Source of the DNA: a virus
Lineage: Duplodnaviria > Caudoviricetes
IMG/VR virus record: IMGVR_UViG_3300025769_000167
Span: 1 to 52,621 of that record
Strand: one strand, 5' to 3'
Length of the DNA stretch: 52,621 bases
In this document: positions 17,972 to 27,168 of the stretch, piece after piece
Layout: every line of letters begins with the position of its first letter
Numbering within the stretch: position 1 is the first letter of the stretch
Position numbers and translations under genes: made by a program
The notes under the pieces: generated by a model
What the model saw: only the letters and a program-made list of their open reading frames with translations
The model's database searches: none
Told to the model about the DNA's origin: nothing

Positions 17972-20900
17972 TGAATACTCCTCCGAGGTTCTCTTCCTCT
18001 ATTTCTAATCTAAAAATATCATACCACAAATAGTAGAAGTCAGGGTGTTGCATCATAAGTTGTTTAGATAATGTACTTAAATACTGTCTTGCTTCTGCAG
18101 CTTCTGACCTACTTAAACTAGCATTAGCTCCAAACTGTGAACGTATAGATTGAAGTACATTTTGTCTAGCTACTAAGTATTTCATTGCACCTTGAATAGA
18201 AGGTAAGTTCTCTATAGCAACTTGGCTACCATCAGGCATCTTAACTGTTTTACCACTTTCATTTGCTAACAAAGCTTGAAACTGTGCTATCTTAGCATCT
18301 ATATCTAATGATTTAGCTACTGATGATGTAGTTCCATAACCAACGAATTTCTTTTGTAAGTCTAATTTAGTTAAATACAACTGTTCAAATTTCTTATCCA
18401 TTGGTACAGATGCATAGACATTAGTATCTAAAAGTAATCTTCTAGCATTTTCATAAGCTAAGGAACCTTGTGCTTGTCTTATAGAACGTTTAAATTCAAC
18501 GTCAGTTAAATCTACTCTTCTTCCTTCTGTAAAAGCATCAGCCCATTGTTGATAATCAAATTCCCCTAAAGGACTGTCAGGGAATAAGTAATAAGATATG
18601 TCAGGATACTTGTCCATAATCTCTTTGTTTGCTTTATAAAAATATCCACCTTCTGTTGTATAAGCTGTTGCTTGTATCTTTTTAGATTTAGAAACAAGTA
18701 ATGCACTAGGGTCAAATCCAAATGTTCTTATAAACTCAGCAGTAGCTGTAACTCTGTCTCCATCTACACCAGCTAACATTTGATAATATGCGTCAGAAAA
18801 TAAAGTATCTGCAAAAAACTTATGTTGTGGGTCATTTGCTTTAGCTTCCCATGGGTCTAGAAATGCTGCACCATCTGGTCCAACTTCATATTCATAATTA
18901 ACTACAGCAGGTGAAGGAGCAACGAATGCTATAAACGCTTGGTATTTTAACATTGAGTTAGCTAACTTACGTGCTTGTTCTAAACTTTTTTGTTCTGCTT
19001 CTGGAGTACTGTCATCATAAATACCTGAAACAAACATAGCCCTTTGTACTTCTTTAACTCTGTTTGCGTAAGCTCTTTGTAGTTGTGGACTTCCACTACC
19101 ACTTGTAGAACGTAATCTATTTAACCATGTTGGCAAAGCTGCCTCTACATAATAACTTGGGTCTAAAGGTGAGTACTGTGGTCTACCATAAGGAAACAAC
19201 GCTTGGTCAATTCCTTTAGTAGAAGGTAATACTGCTGATGCAGGTAGTGATACTAATGGTCCTAGACCAGGTACTACTGAACCAGCTACCATGTTTAATC
19301 CGCTTGCATAGCCTTCTATTCTAGCATTAACACCAGGAGCATCTATATCTTGAGCACCTGTAATAGGATTAGTAATTGCATTTTCTGGACTAGGATTTCC
19401 AAGTTGTCTATCCAAACTGTTGTTTAACCCGAAACCAGGTGCATTATACATTTCCTCTCCACTTTGTGGGTCAGTAGTAAAGAAGCCTTCATCATCTTCC
19501 TCACCAAATATGCTAGGCTTTCTTGCACCTTCAACACCTCGTTGTAGTTTTCTACCAAATAATGTTTTTTGATTCTTTAATAACCTTGTCCACGTACCAG
19601 CAATTTCTAAATAAACTTCTGCGAAAGGAAAAGCAAGTCTTAACATATCAGAGATAGCATGTCTTTTGTTTAAGTCATATAGTAATGATTGTGTTTCTTT
19701 TAAGGAATAAGCTTTAGCTAATGTATCTATCTGCTCTAAATCATCTATACCTATTTGTTTACTAACGTCAGCAAACCCCATGTTTTCTAAATTTTTAATA
19801 TACTTGTTACCACTACCACCTTTAGGTAAACCTCTCATACTTTTTTTAGCAGCTCTCATAATTTCTCTTCTAGCTACTTCATCCATATTGGCGTATGCAC
19901 TTTCTATAAATCTCCAGTAGTACTGTCTAAATGCAGGCGACCTTGACAACTCATTAGTAGATGCACCCATTAAAGTAGAGAACAATGTTTCTAGAACTCT
20001 GTTGTATTGACTTACTCTGTCTCCATCCATATCATATCTTGAAGCTTTAACTTTAAAAGTATTGTCTATCATGTCGCCTTTAAAGTTTTTGAGCCAAGTA
20101 CTATACGAATTAAATTCACTTCTTGTCATGTTCCTATTAAAGTTTCTTTCTACATAATCATTAGCTTTCTTACTAAAGATAGAAATTTTATTAGAAGCAC
20201 GGTCATCTAAAGCATTTATAGAGATATGTTCTATTAACTCTTTGTCCCCTGCATTTTTAATTACATAGTCTATTGGATTCTTTATTTCCAAAACATTTGG
20301 GTCTGAAGTATTTATAAATCGTTTAGTACCATTAGGTAGTATCTCGTATGCTTCGTATTTACCACCAGTTTTAAGATGTATACGTGCAACTATAGAATCA
20401 ACGTACGAATCTGAATAAGCTTTGTTTTTATTAATTAAGTCTTTTAGATATCTACCTTCCTCAGTAGAGTTACCAACATAAGCTTTACGCCATTTTGACA
20501 AGTCTCCATTCCAGAAAGATTGTTTAACTGCATCTACTGACTCTTTATATTTTATAGGATTTTTAACTGGGTCTATATTTATCTTTGCTAATAAAGGAGC
20601 TATAGGGTCATCAGCTAGCTGTAACAACTCTGAGGTCCAGCTACTGTAAAAACCTGCTGCTTCTTTATTCTTTGTTATAAAACCTCTACTCCTTCTAGGG
20701 TCCATACCTAACATCACACCATTATTTGTCTGTGACATGGCTTCTTGATGAAAGAAACTTTTTTCCATAGTCTCATCAAATATGTCTGTTCCACCTCTAC
20801 CATAATTTTCAGTTAACCAATCTCTACTCTTTTCTCTTTGAGTCATAAACAGTTGTCTATTTCTTTGTGGACTTCTACCAAATATCCAAGCAAAAGCAGA

Positions 20901-23900
20901 AACAGGATGCGTAAACACATTGTCTAGTCCTTCTGCCCACATTCTAATTTGCTCTTCTCCTACGACCCTTGTAACCCAAGCTGGACGCAATAGGATAGAA
21001 GGTTTCCAAAGCATCTGCATATATCCATCACCAATCAAAGAAACCATACCATCTGTAATTTGTGCTATGTCATCACCATCTGTATTAAGTTTTACATTTA
21101 CTCTTGTCTTTCTTACTAACCTAGATATAGATTCAGCCATGTTTCTTTCTGCACCTTTTACTTCTAATTTAGCTAAGTCAGTAATCGGTTTAGATAATAA
21201 TTTATCGTAGGCTTCATCTGTTATGTTTCTACTTCTACCAGTTAATCTAAGGTGTAAATCTCTCATAGGTCTAAATACACGTAAGAACAATCTAGCATCA
21301 GGCATTGGTATATAACCTTCATCCCAATACTCAGATAACAAGTGTGCTGTAGCTCTAGGTCTATTAACAGTTTTAAGACTTCTACCTGAAGTTGTTTTAG
21401 TAAACTCTTCATAGATAGCATTGATTACTTCATCACTGCTTTCATCAGTAGGTACTTTACGTATTTGTTCTAAATTTTCTTCCAATACAGTTTTTAATTT
21501 ACCTAAAGTTACTCTTTGATTTTTACTTTGGTAATATAATAAATCTTCCATTATATTTTTTTGTAATGCTTTTTGTACATTGTCTATATCTGAACTACCT
21601 ACAACGTTTAATTTCTTTACACGATTTCTATAAATAAACTCTTGCATTTCTTTTATTTGTTTCTTTGAAGTAGTTTTAGATAAATCAATAACTATGTGTG
21701 GTTTGTTACCTTGATATGCACCTGTCTTTAAAGTACCACGTACTCCTAAGTCTGCATTGTCTAGATACCCTTTAATTGATTTTAAGTTTTTAGATGTAGT
21801 ACCTGAATAAAATATAATAGTTCCATCAGATTCTTCAATGTTTCTTTTAACAACAGATGCTAAATCTTCTTTAGGGTTTATTGAACCCCAATCTTTATTC
21901 CAATAATCAGGGTCATATACATCTTTGCTTTCTAATATTTCATTAGCTTTCTTAAAAGAAGGTACAACTTCTGATATTTCACCATCTAATTTAACAATAT
22001 TTTGTGCAATTCTTTTTCTATCATTAATAAGATTTTGTTTAACTATGCTAAGTGAAGGACCAGAAGAAACTTTAATTACATCTTGTACTGACTCTTGTTC
22101 AGTTCCTTTTTCTATTGCACCATCTTTGCCTTTGCGGAAATCTCTACTTCTATATCTTGTAGTTCTTTGTATTTCTTTATTAACTTGATTTAATGCATCT
22201 TCTTTTAATTTGTTTAAACCAATAACAATTTCTGCATCTTCCATTTCATCAGTACCATAATTTTTACGGTACCAATCTTTATTTACTTTATTAGGTGCAT
22301 ACTGTGCTTTAACTCTAGCTAATTGTGCGTCAAGGTTCTCTATAGCTTTCTCTATAGTATTCATTACTTTTTTAGAATCTTCTATAGTTTGTATTTTATT
22401 TTGTACTTGTAATCTTGTTTTCTTAGGTAATGAGTTTATTTCTTCTTGACTACCACCTAAAGCTTCGTCTCTAAGATTGCTATATTCTTTCTGTGCGGTT
22501 AATTCATCTACAGCTTTACCATCATCTAAGTTAAGTTCTTTCATTCTTGGTGATTGGTTGTCGTATCTAGCTCCCTTAGTCACTTCAAAATCAAGTAACT
22601 TAAAAGCTCTTTTCTCTGTCTGCACTAGGTTAAACAATTCTTTATTAGTCATACCAGTTTTAGACAAAATCATTTCTAACTGTGTAGCTTTCTGTGGATT
22701 AGTAAATACATCCATAGGTATGCTTGTGACACCTTTCACTCTTAAATATGTATTCTGATATCTATAAACTTTATTTGTAACTTTGCCTTTAAAGAACTTA
22801 AAGCCTTCTGCTGTATCTACAAATGCAGTAACTGTGCCATCTGCTATCTCTTTAGTTTTTTCAAAGAAGTAAGGTCCATATTTTTCTGATAAGTCAAATA
22901 CATTCTCAGGGTCAGATAAAGTACCATCTGGTATAGTGTATCCTTTAGAAACTTTACCACCTGTAGCAACACCTATTTCTTCAGCTATATCTAATGCATT
23001 ACGTTCTGCACCTTCATAAAATCCTGATGATATCTCATCTACTAATATCCTAGTTTCTACAGCAGTAGGGTCGTTTGATATCTCTTTAACTTGTGCGACT
23101 ATATCTTCTATTTCTTTTGTAACGACTGTTGTGTCGCCTTTAAATTTTGCTAATACTTTTTCAATAACTGTAATTGTGTCGTCATCAGTTAATATTTCAG
23201 AAAATTCTTCTTTCATCATCTTAGGTATTTGTTCAAATTTAGAACCAGGGAACCACTCAAGTTCACCTAACTCATTAACAAAGTATCTATGTGTCTCGTC
23301 TACACTTGCCATCCATCGTTTAATACCTTTCATTAATTGTGGAGGTAAATCTATAGCTTCAAACTTTTGTCCAATATGACCAAGTACATCATTCCAAATA
23401 TCTAACACGTCTCCCATATTTTGTAATGATTGTGCTTCATCAGGATTTAATATTTGATTTTCAGCTAGTTCTGCTAATTTCTGTAATGCAGGTTCAGCAA
23501 CATCATCATCTACTTTTGCCCACTTCATCCATTGTTTAAAATCAAAAAAGGATTGGTTTAAATCTTTAACATTTAATTTTGGTACAGGAAATTCTGCAAA
23601 TATTCTACCTAATGCACTATCAGCTTGTGATTTACGAACTGCACCCATAAACCCTACTGCTTCTCCAAATTCCCCACCAACTAATCTACCTGCTGCACTA
23701 GAAACAGAACCTCTTAGTGCTAATGAATTAGGGTCTAGTCTTTTAAATTTAACAGCAGTTTCTATTGCTGGTATTAATAAATCAGTAACTTCTTGTGGTG
23801 AGTTAGCTTTCATTAAATTTTTATGCAAGGCAGCATCACCTTGATTTTTTAATAAACGACCAACAGTGTCAAAGTTATCAGCTAATGCTATTTGTTCTAC

Positions 23901-24911
23901 AATTTTTCTACCACCTTTTGTAGCAGTCAAATATTCTGTAGCAGAAGGAACGTGTATAGTTTTACGTACAGCATTATCTATAATGCCTGCACTTTTTAAA
24001 ACATCAGCTTGTGATAATGACCTAACAGCTTTACCTGCTTTGTTTAGGTAACTACCAACTAATATTGATGGGTCAGCTACTAAAGTAAAAGCACCGTCAA
24101 TAATTCCTGACATAATATCGTAACCTTTTGTTCCTGGTTCAAATACAGTAGCTGTTAATGGTGCTGCTGGTGTTAATTTACTTGTACCAAATCTAGTTTG
24201 TATGGTAAGACTTTCGTCACGTTCTCTTTCGTTATTAGTAATATCTTGACCGTAATAAGTTTGTATTATTTTTTTAGCTTCACCTTGGTCTACACCTCTA
24301 CCTACTAATTCTTTATACACATCTGTATCTTCAGCTAATGTAGAGTTAGGAAAGTATCCTTCACCTAAGTTAACCTTTTTACCTGCTGACAAATTCTGTA
24401 ATGCTGTTCTACCTACAGAAGGTCCTAATATATCTCTTACTTGTCCAAGCTCATTACGTGCATCATTACTAATTAAAAGCTGTAGTGATGCACCTAATAT
24501 TCCTTGACTGTCTCTATACTTCTTTTGGTTTAAATATTTTTGATAAGCTAGTACAGGTTTTTTAACTATTTCATCTTGCACAGAATCAAATGCTGTGAAC
24601 GCAGTTCTTATAGTTCCTCTACCTACAGACTTTACTCTATCCCACCAAGTCTTTTCAGAGTCAAGCCATCGTTCAACTATAGTTCCTATTTCAGGAGATT
24701 GTGCTGTTAAGTTCATTAAAGATGCACCGACTAATACATCTTTTGGTAAATAAAAATGTTCTCTAACTAAACCTTGTAGATTGGTAGCAGTCTGTGGTGC
24801 AGACTCAATCATACCTTGAATTACTTTAGCTTGGTCTATTCTTGAATTTTGTTGTGTTTCTTCTATTTCATCTTGTACGGGAGATTGCCACCACCATCTT
24901 ATTTCAGCCAT
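17964..24911 (-). CDS. Large internal virion/ejection protein with split cpYpsA-like SLOG domain
   Basis: 2315 aa in structural operon; EISSGFYEGAERNALDIAEEIGVATGGKVSKG and RNIEESDGTIIF..KPHIVIDL..KKLNVVG motifs. Confidence 0.65.
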   Translation of the reverse strand: MAEIRWWWQSPVQDEIEETQQNSRIDQAKVIQGMIESAPQTATNLQGLVREHFYLPKDVLVGASLMNLTAQSPEIGTIVERWLDSEKTWWDRVKSVGRGTIRTAFTAFDSVQDEIVKKPVLAYQKYLNQKKYRDSQGILGASLQLLISNDARNELGQVRDILGPSVGRTALQNLSAGKKVNLGEGYFPNSTLAEDTDVYKELVGRGVDQGEAKKIIQTYYGQDITNNERERDESLTIQTRFGTSKLTPAAPLTATVFEPGTKGYDIMSGIIDGAFTLVADPSILVGSYLNKAGKAVRSLSQADVLKSAGIIDNAVRKTIHVPSATEYLTATKGGRKIVEQIALADNFDTVGRLLKNQGDAALHKNLMKANSPQEVTDLLIPAIETAVKFKRLDPNSLALRGSVSSAAGRLVGGEFGEAVGFMGAVRKSQADSALGRIFAEFPVPKLNVKDLNQSFFDFKQWMKWAKVDDDVAEPALQKLAELAENQILNPDEAQSLQNMGDVLDIWNDVLGHIGQKFEAIDLPPQLMKGIKRWMASVDETHRYFVNELGELEWFPGSKFEQIPKMMKEEFSEILTDDDTITVIEKVLAKFKGDTTVVTKEIEDIVAQVKEISNDPTAVETRILVDEISSGFYEGAERNALDIAEEIGVATGGKVSKGYTIPDGTLSDPENVFDLSEKYGPYFFEKTKEIADGTVTAFVDTAEGFKFFKGKVTNKVYRYQNTYLRVKGVTSIPMDVFTNPQKATQLEMILSKTGMTNKELFNLVQTEKRAFKLLDFEVTKGARYDNQSPRMKELNLDDGKAVDELTAQKEYSNLRDEALGGSQEEINSLPKKTRLQVQNKIQTIEDSKKVMNTIEKAIENLDAQLARVKAQYAPNKVNKDWYRKNYGTDEMEDAEIVIGLNKLKEDALNQVNKEIQRTTRYRSRDFRKGKDGAIEKGTEQESVQDVIKVSSGPSLSIVKQNLINDRKRIAQNIVKLDGEISEVVPSFKKANEILESKDVYDPDYWNKDWGSINPKEDLASVVKRNIEESDGTIIFYSGTTSKNLKSIKGYLDNADLGVRGTLKTGAYQGNKPHIVIDLSKTTSKKQIKEMQEFIYRNRVKKLNVVGSSDIDNVQKALQKNIMEDLLYYQSKNQRVTLGKLKTVLEENLEQIRKVPTDESSDEVINAIYEEFTKTTSGRSLKTVNRPRATAHLLSEYWDEGYIPMPDARLFLRVFRPMRDLHLRLTGRSRNITDEAYDKLLSKPITDLAKLEVKGAERNMAESISRLVRKTRVNVKLNTDGDDIAQITDGMVSLIGDGYMQMLWKPSILLRPAWVTRVVGEEQIRMWAEGLDNVFTHPVSAFAWIFGRSPQRNRQLFMTQREKSRDWLTENYGRGGTDIFDETMEKSFFHQEAMSQTNNGVMLGMDPRRSRGFITKNKEAAGFYSSWTSELLQLADDPIAPLLAKINIDPVKNPIKYKESVDAVKQSFWNGDLSKWRKAYVGNSTEEGRYLKDLINKNKAYSDSYVDSIVARIHLKTGGKYEAYEILPNGTKRFINTSDPNVLEIKNPIDYVIKNAGDKELIEHISINALDDRASNKISIFSKKANDYVERNFNRNMTRSEFNSYSTWLKNFKGDMIDNTFKVKASRYDMDGDRVSQYNRVLETLFSTLMGASTNELSRSPAFRQYYWRFIESAYANMDEVARREIMRAAKKSMRGLPKGGSGNKYIKNLENMGFADVSKQIGIDDLEQIDTLAKAYSLKETQSLLYDLNKRHAISDMLRLAFPFAEVYLEIAGTWTRLLKNQKTLFGRKLQRGVEGARKPSIFGEEDDEGFFTTDPQSGEEMYNAPGFGLNNSLDRQLGNPSPENAITNPITGAQDIDAPGVNARIEGYASGLNMVAGSVVPGLGPLVSLPASAVLPSTKGIDQALFPYGRPQYSPLDPSYYVEAALPTWLNRLRSTSGSGSPQLQRAYANRVKEVQRAMFVSGIYDDSTPEAEQKSLEQARKLANSMLKYQAFIAFVAPSPAVVNYEYEVGPDGAAFLDPWEAKANDPQHKFFADTLFSDAYYQMLAGVDGDRVTATAEFIRTFGFDPSALLVSKSKKIQATAYTTEGGYFYKANKEIMDKYPDISYYLFPDSPLGEFDYQQWADAFTEGRRVDLTDVEFKRSIRQAQGSLAYENARRLLLDTNVYASVPMDKKFEQLYLTKLDLQKKFVGYGTTSSVAKSLDIDAKIAQFQALLANESGKTVKMPDGSQVAIENLPSIQGAMKYLVARQNVLQSIRSQFGANASLSRSEAAEARQYLSTLSKQLMMQHPDFYYLWYDIFRLEIEEENLGGVFSG

Positions 24912-24912
24912 A

Positions 24913-25242
24913 CTACAAGTCTTTCAGTAAGGCTGCTATCTCCTTGCTAGGCAATACTTTATACATAGCTTGTAAAATCATATTCGCATCAGGAGCTGCG
25001 TTAAATCTATTAAATCCATCTTGTGTACCTGCTAAAGGACTAACCATAGGGTCCTGTTCAGGAGCAGTGACGTCTTGTACAAATCCACCTAAATTACTAG
25101 GTGCAGGTTGTCTTGCTTGTGTAGGTACAATAGGTTCTTCTATCTGTTCTAATGGTGCAGAGTTTCTCAAAGTATCTAACTCTTTAGCTTGTCCTTTATA
25201 GTCATCAGCTTTATAATCTGCAACTTTTCTTTTTCTACTCAA
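24913..25242 (-). CDS. Hypothetical virion-module protein
   Basis: 109 aa, Pro/Gln-rich, coupled to neighbours downstream of the portal. Confidence 0.55.
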   Translation of the reverse strand: MSRKRKVADYKADDYKGQAKELDTLRNSAPLEQIEEPIVPTQARQPAPSNLGGFVQDVTAPEQDPMVSPLAGTQDGFNRFNAAPDANMILQAMYKVLPSKEIAALLKDL

Positions 25243-25445
25243 AATATATTCCCATGTGTATCAGGATGAAATGTAATTTCTATTCTCCCTAAACCAGGAA
25301 TGTAAGTAACTGCTAATGTAGTATATTCTGCATCAACATATTCAGGTACGTTATACTCTTCTGTTACTTCTTCTATTGGTTCTGAAAAATTCCTAGCAAT
25401 TATTTGTGCAAACTCTTCGTTATCACTATTGAACAGGGGGGGCAT
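25239..25445 (-). CDS. Hypothetical protein
   Basis: 68 aa; GGAGG SD within the end of the portal gene. Confidence 0.55.
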   Translation of the reverse strand: MPPLFNSDNEEFAQIIARNFSEPIEEVTEEYNVPEYVDAEYTTLAVTYIPGLGRIEITFHPDTHGNIF

Positions 25446-27168
25446 TACCGCCTCCTAACATAGCTTGTAAGTTTGGTGGACCACCTTGTTGTTGTCCAGC
25501 CATTGCTTGTTGCAACATAGCTTGTTCCTGTGGACTTGGCTCTTCACCTTGTGCTGTAAAGTATTTTTCTAATATAGAACCTTTTTGTTTAGGGTTATTA
25601 TATATTTCTACAACAGCAGCCATAGCAGTTTTGTCACCTTGCTGAGAGGCTTGTATTAACATTTGGTCCATAATTTCTTCTGACTTCTGTTTAGTAATTC
25701 TTTCATTGATGTGTGTTATATTTTCTAAACCATCCATTTCTTGTTGCATAGTTTCTTTATCTATAACTCCAGCTTGCATTAACTGCAGTCCTGTAATAAT
25801 TTTATTTGGTGCATCAAAAGAAGCCATAGCACCATACTTTCTTCTAGTAACATAGTTTTTATCTATATCAATAGATGGTGTATAGTTTTCTGAAAAAGCT
25901 GAACCTTTATAAGTTCCTGTCAGAGGTTTTCTTTTGTTACCAAAAAGCACTTCATCTAACTCTAATCTTTTAGAATCTATTTCTTGTAAAGCATATTCGA
26001 GTATTGTGTGATACTCAGTAACCATAGCTCCTACACCAGATTCCAGTTCTTCCAGACCTCTACCAGTTACAAATGAATTAGGTGATATAGCATCGTCTTG
26101 AACTGGATATCCAGCAACAACTCTTAATTGTCTTTCTAATCTACCTACAGCTTCAAATAACTGATACGGTAAGTTAGTAACAGGTTTTACTATTTGTGAG
26201 CCAGGTGATAAATAGTTTATAGCATTTCTACCTTTTCTATATTGTCCTGATTCTATTTCTCCAACTATATTTGTTTCTGTAAATACTGCATCCTCCATAG
26301 CTATAACAGATAAAATGTTTATCTTTGCCATAGAAGCCATGAGTCCAACTACTTGGTCAAACTGACCTTGTATTTTGTCAAAGCTAAATCTTTTAGCTAC
26401 AACAAAAGACGGACCTGATTTAAGAGGATTGGGAACAAAGTCTACTATTTTTTTTGAAGCAACATGTACAACATATGTACCTTCTAGGTTCATATATTCT
26501 AAAATGACATCTCCGTTTTCATCTGAGTTTTCCCAACTACCATCGTCAGAAGTCCTTAGATTGTAACCATCATATGATTGTTCATCAGTATCCTTAGTCT
26601 CATAATATGCTCTAAGCTCTGGGTACATATCCATAAGTTTTCTTATAGGAATTTTTTGAATAATTGCTAACTCATCAGGTTGTTGTGTGTTTCCAAAATA
26701 ACCAGGAAAACAATCGTAAGGGTTACGTAATTCTGCACATGGATACATATGTCCATTCATATCTAATTTTGTTGTAATAACCCATACAGCAAATCCGTAA
26801 CCAGGAAGCCATCTTGAAACTTGAGGTAATTGTAATTCTAATTTTTGCATACTGTCGTATGAAGATAATATTCTCTCTACTTTTTCTTTCTTGCCTTTAT
26901 TCCTAACACTATCTCTAGCATTAGTAATATGCACATCTAACGTTGGGACTTTACCAATTTTTTGAGCTAGTCTATCTAAAGCAGATAGCATAAGGTTAGG
27001 TGCTGGTATTGTATGTGAATCACTAGAATCAAGTCCAGGACCTAATAACTGTTTAATACCATCTTCACCACCATTTAATATAGCTCTAAATCTTGCTCTA
27101 TCTGTTAATGCATCATCATGCATTCGTTTTAAATAGGAAGCTCTTTCGATTATTGCGTCAGGTTTCAT
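25426..27168 (-). CDS. Portal protein
   Basis: 580 aa directly after TerL; helical with Gln-rich C-terminal tail typical of podovirus portals. Confidence 0.8.
   Translation of the reverse strand: MKPDAIIERASYLKRMHDDALTDRARFRAILNGGEDGIKQLLGPGLDSSDSHTIPAPNLMLSALDRLAQKIGKVPTLDVHITNARDSVRNKGKKEKVERILSSYDSMQKLELQLPQVSRWLPGYGFAVWVITTKLDMNGHMYPCAELRNPYDCFPGYFGNTQQPDELAIIQKIPIRKLMDMYPELRAYYETKDTDEQSYDGYNLRTSDDGSWENSDENGDVILEYMNLEGTYVVHVASKKIVDFVPNPLKSGPSFVVAKRFSFDKIQGQFDQVVGLMASMAKINILSVIAMEDAVFTETNIVGEIESGQYRKGRNAINYLSPGSQIVKPVTNLPYQLFEAVGRLERQLRVVAGYPVQDDAISPNSFVTGRGLEELESGVGAMVTEYHTILEYALQEIDSKRLELDEVLFGNKRKPLTGTYKGSAFSENYTPSIDIDKNYVTRRKYGAMASFDAPNKIITGLQLMQAGVIDKETMQQEMDGLENITHINERITKQKSEEIMDQMLIQASQQGDKTAMAAVVEIYNNPKQKGSILEKYFTAQGEEPSPQEQAMLQQAMAGQQQGGPPNLQAMLGGGNAPPVQ

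Noticed and set aside
21870-22870. Intein as the insertion splitting the SLOG domain
   Set aside because: No N-terminal Cys/Ser block A, no C-terminal HN-C/S/T and no LAGLIDADG motifs.
17964-24911. N4-like virion RNA polymerase
   Set aside because: No recognisable single-subunit RNAP motifs (DxxGR, RxxxKxxxxxxxYG, HD/DD) or DxDGD seen in convincing context.
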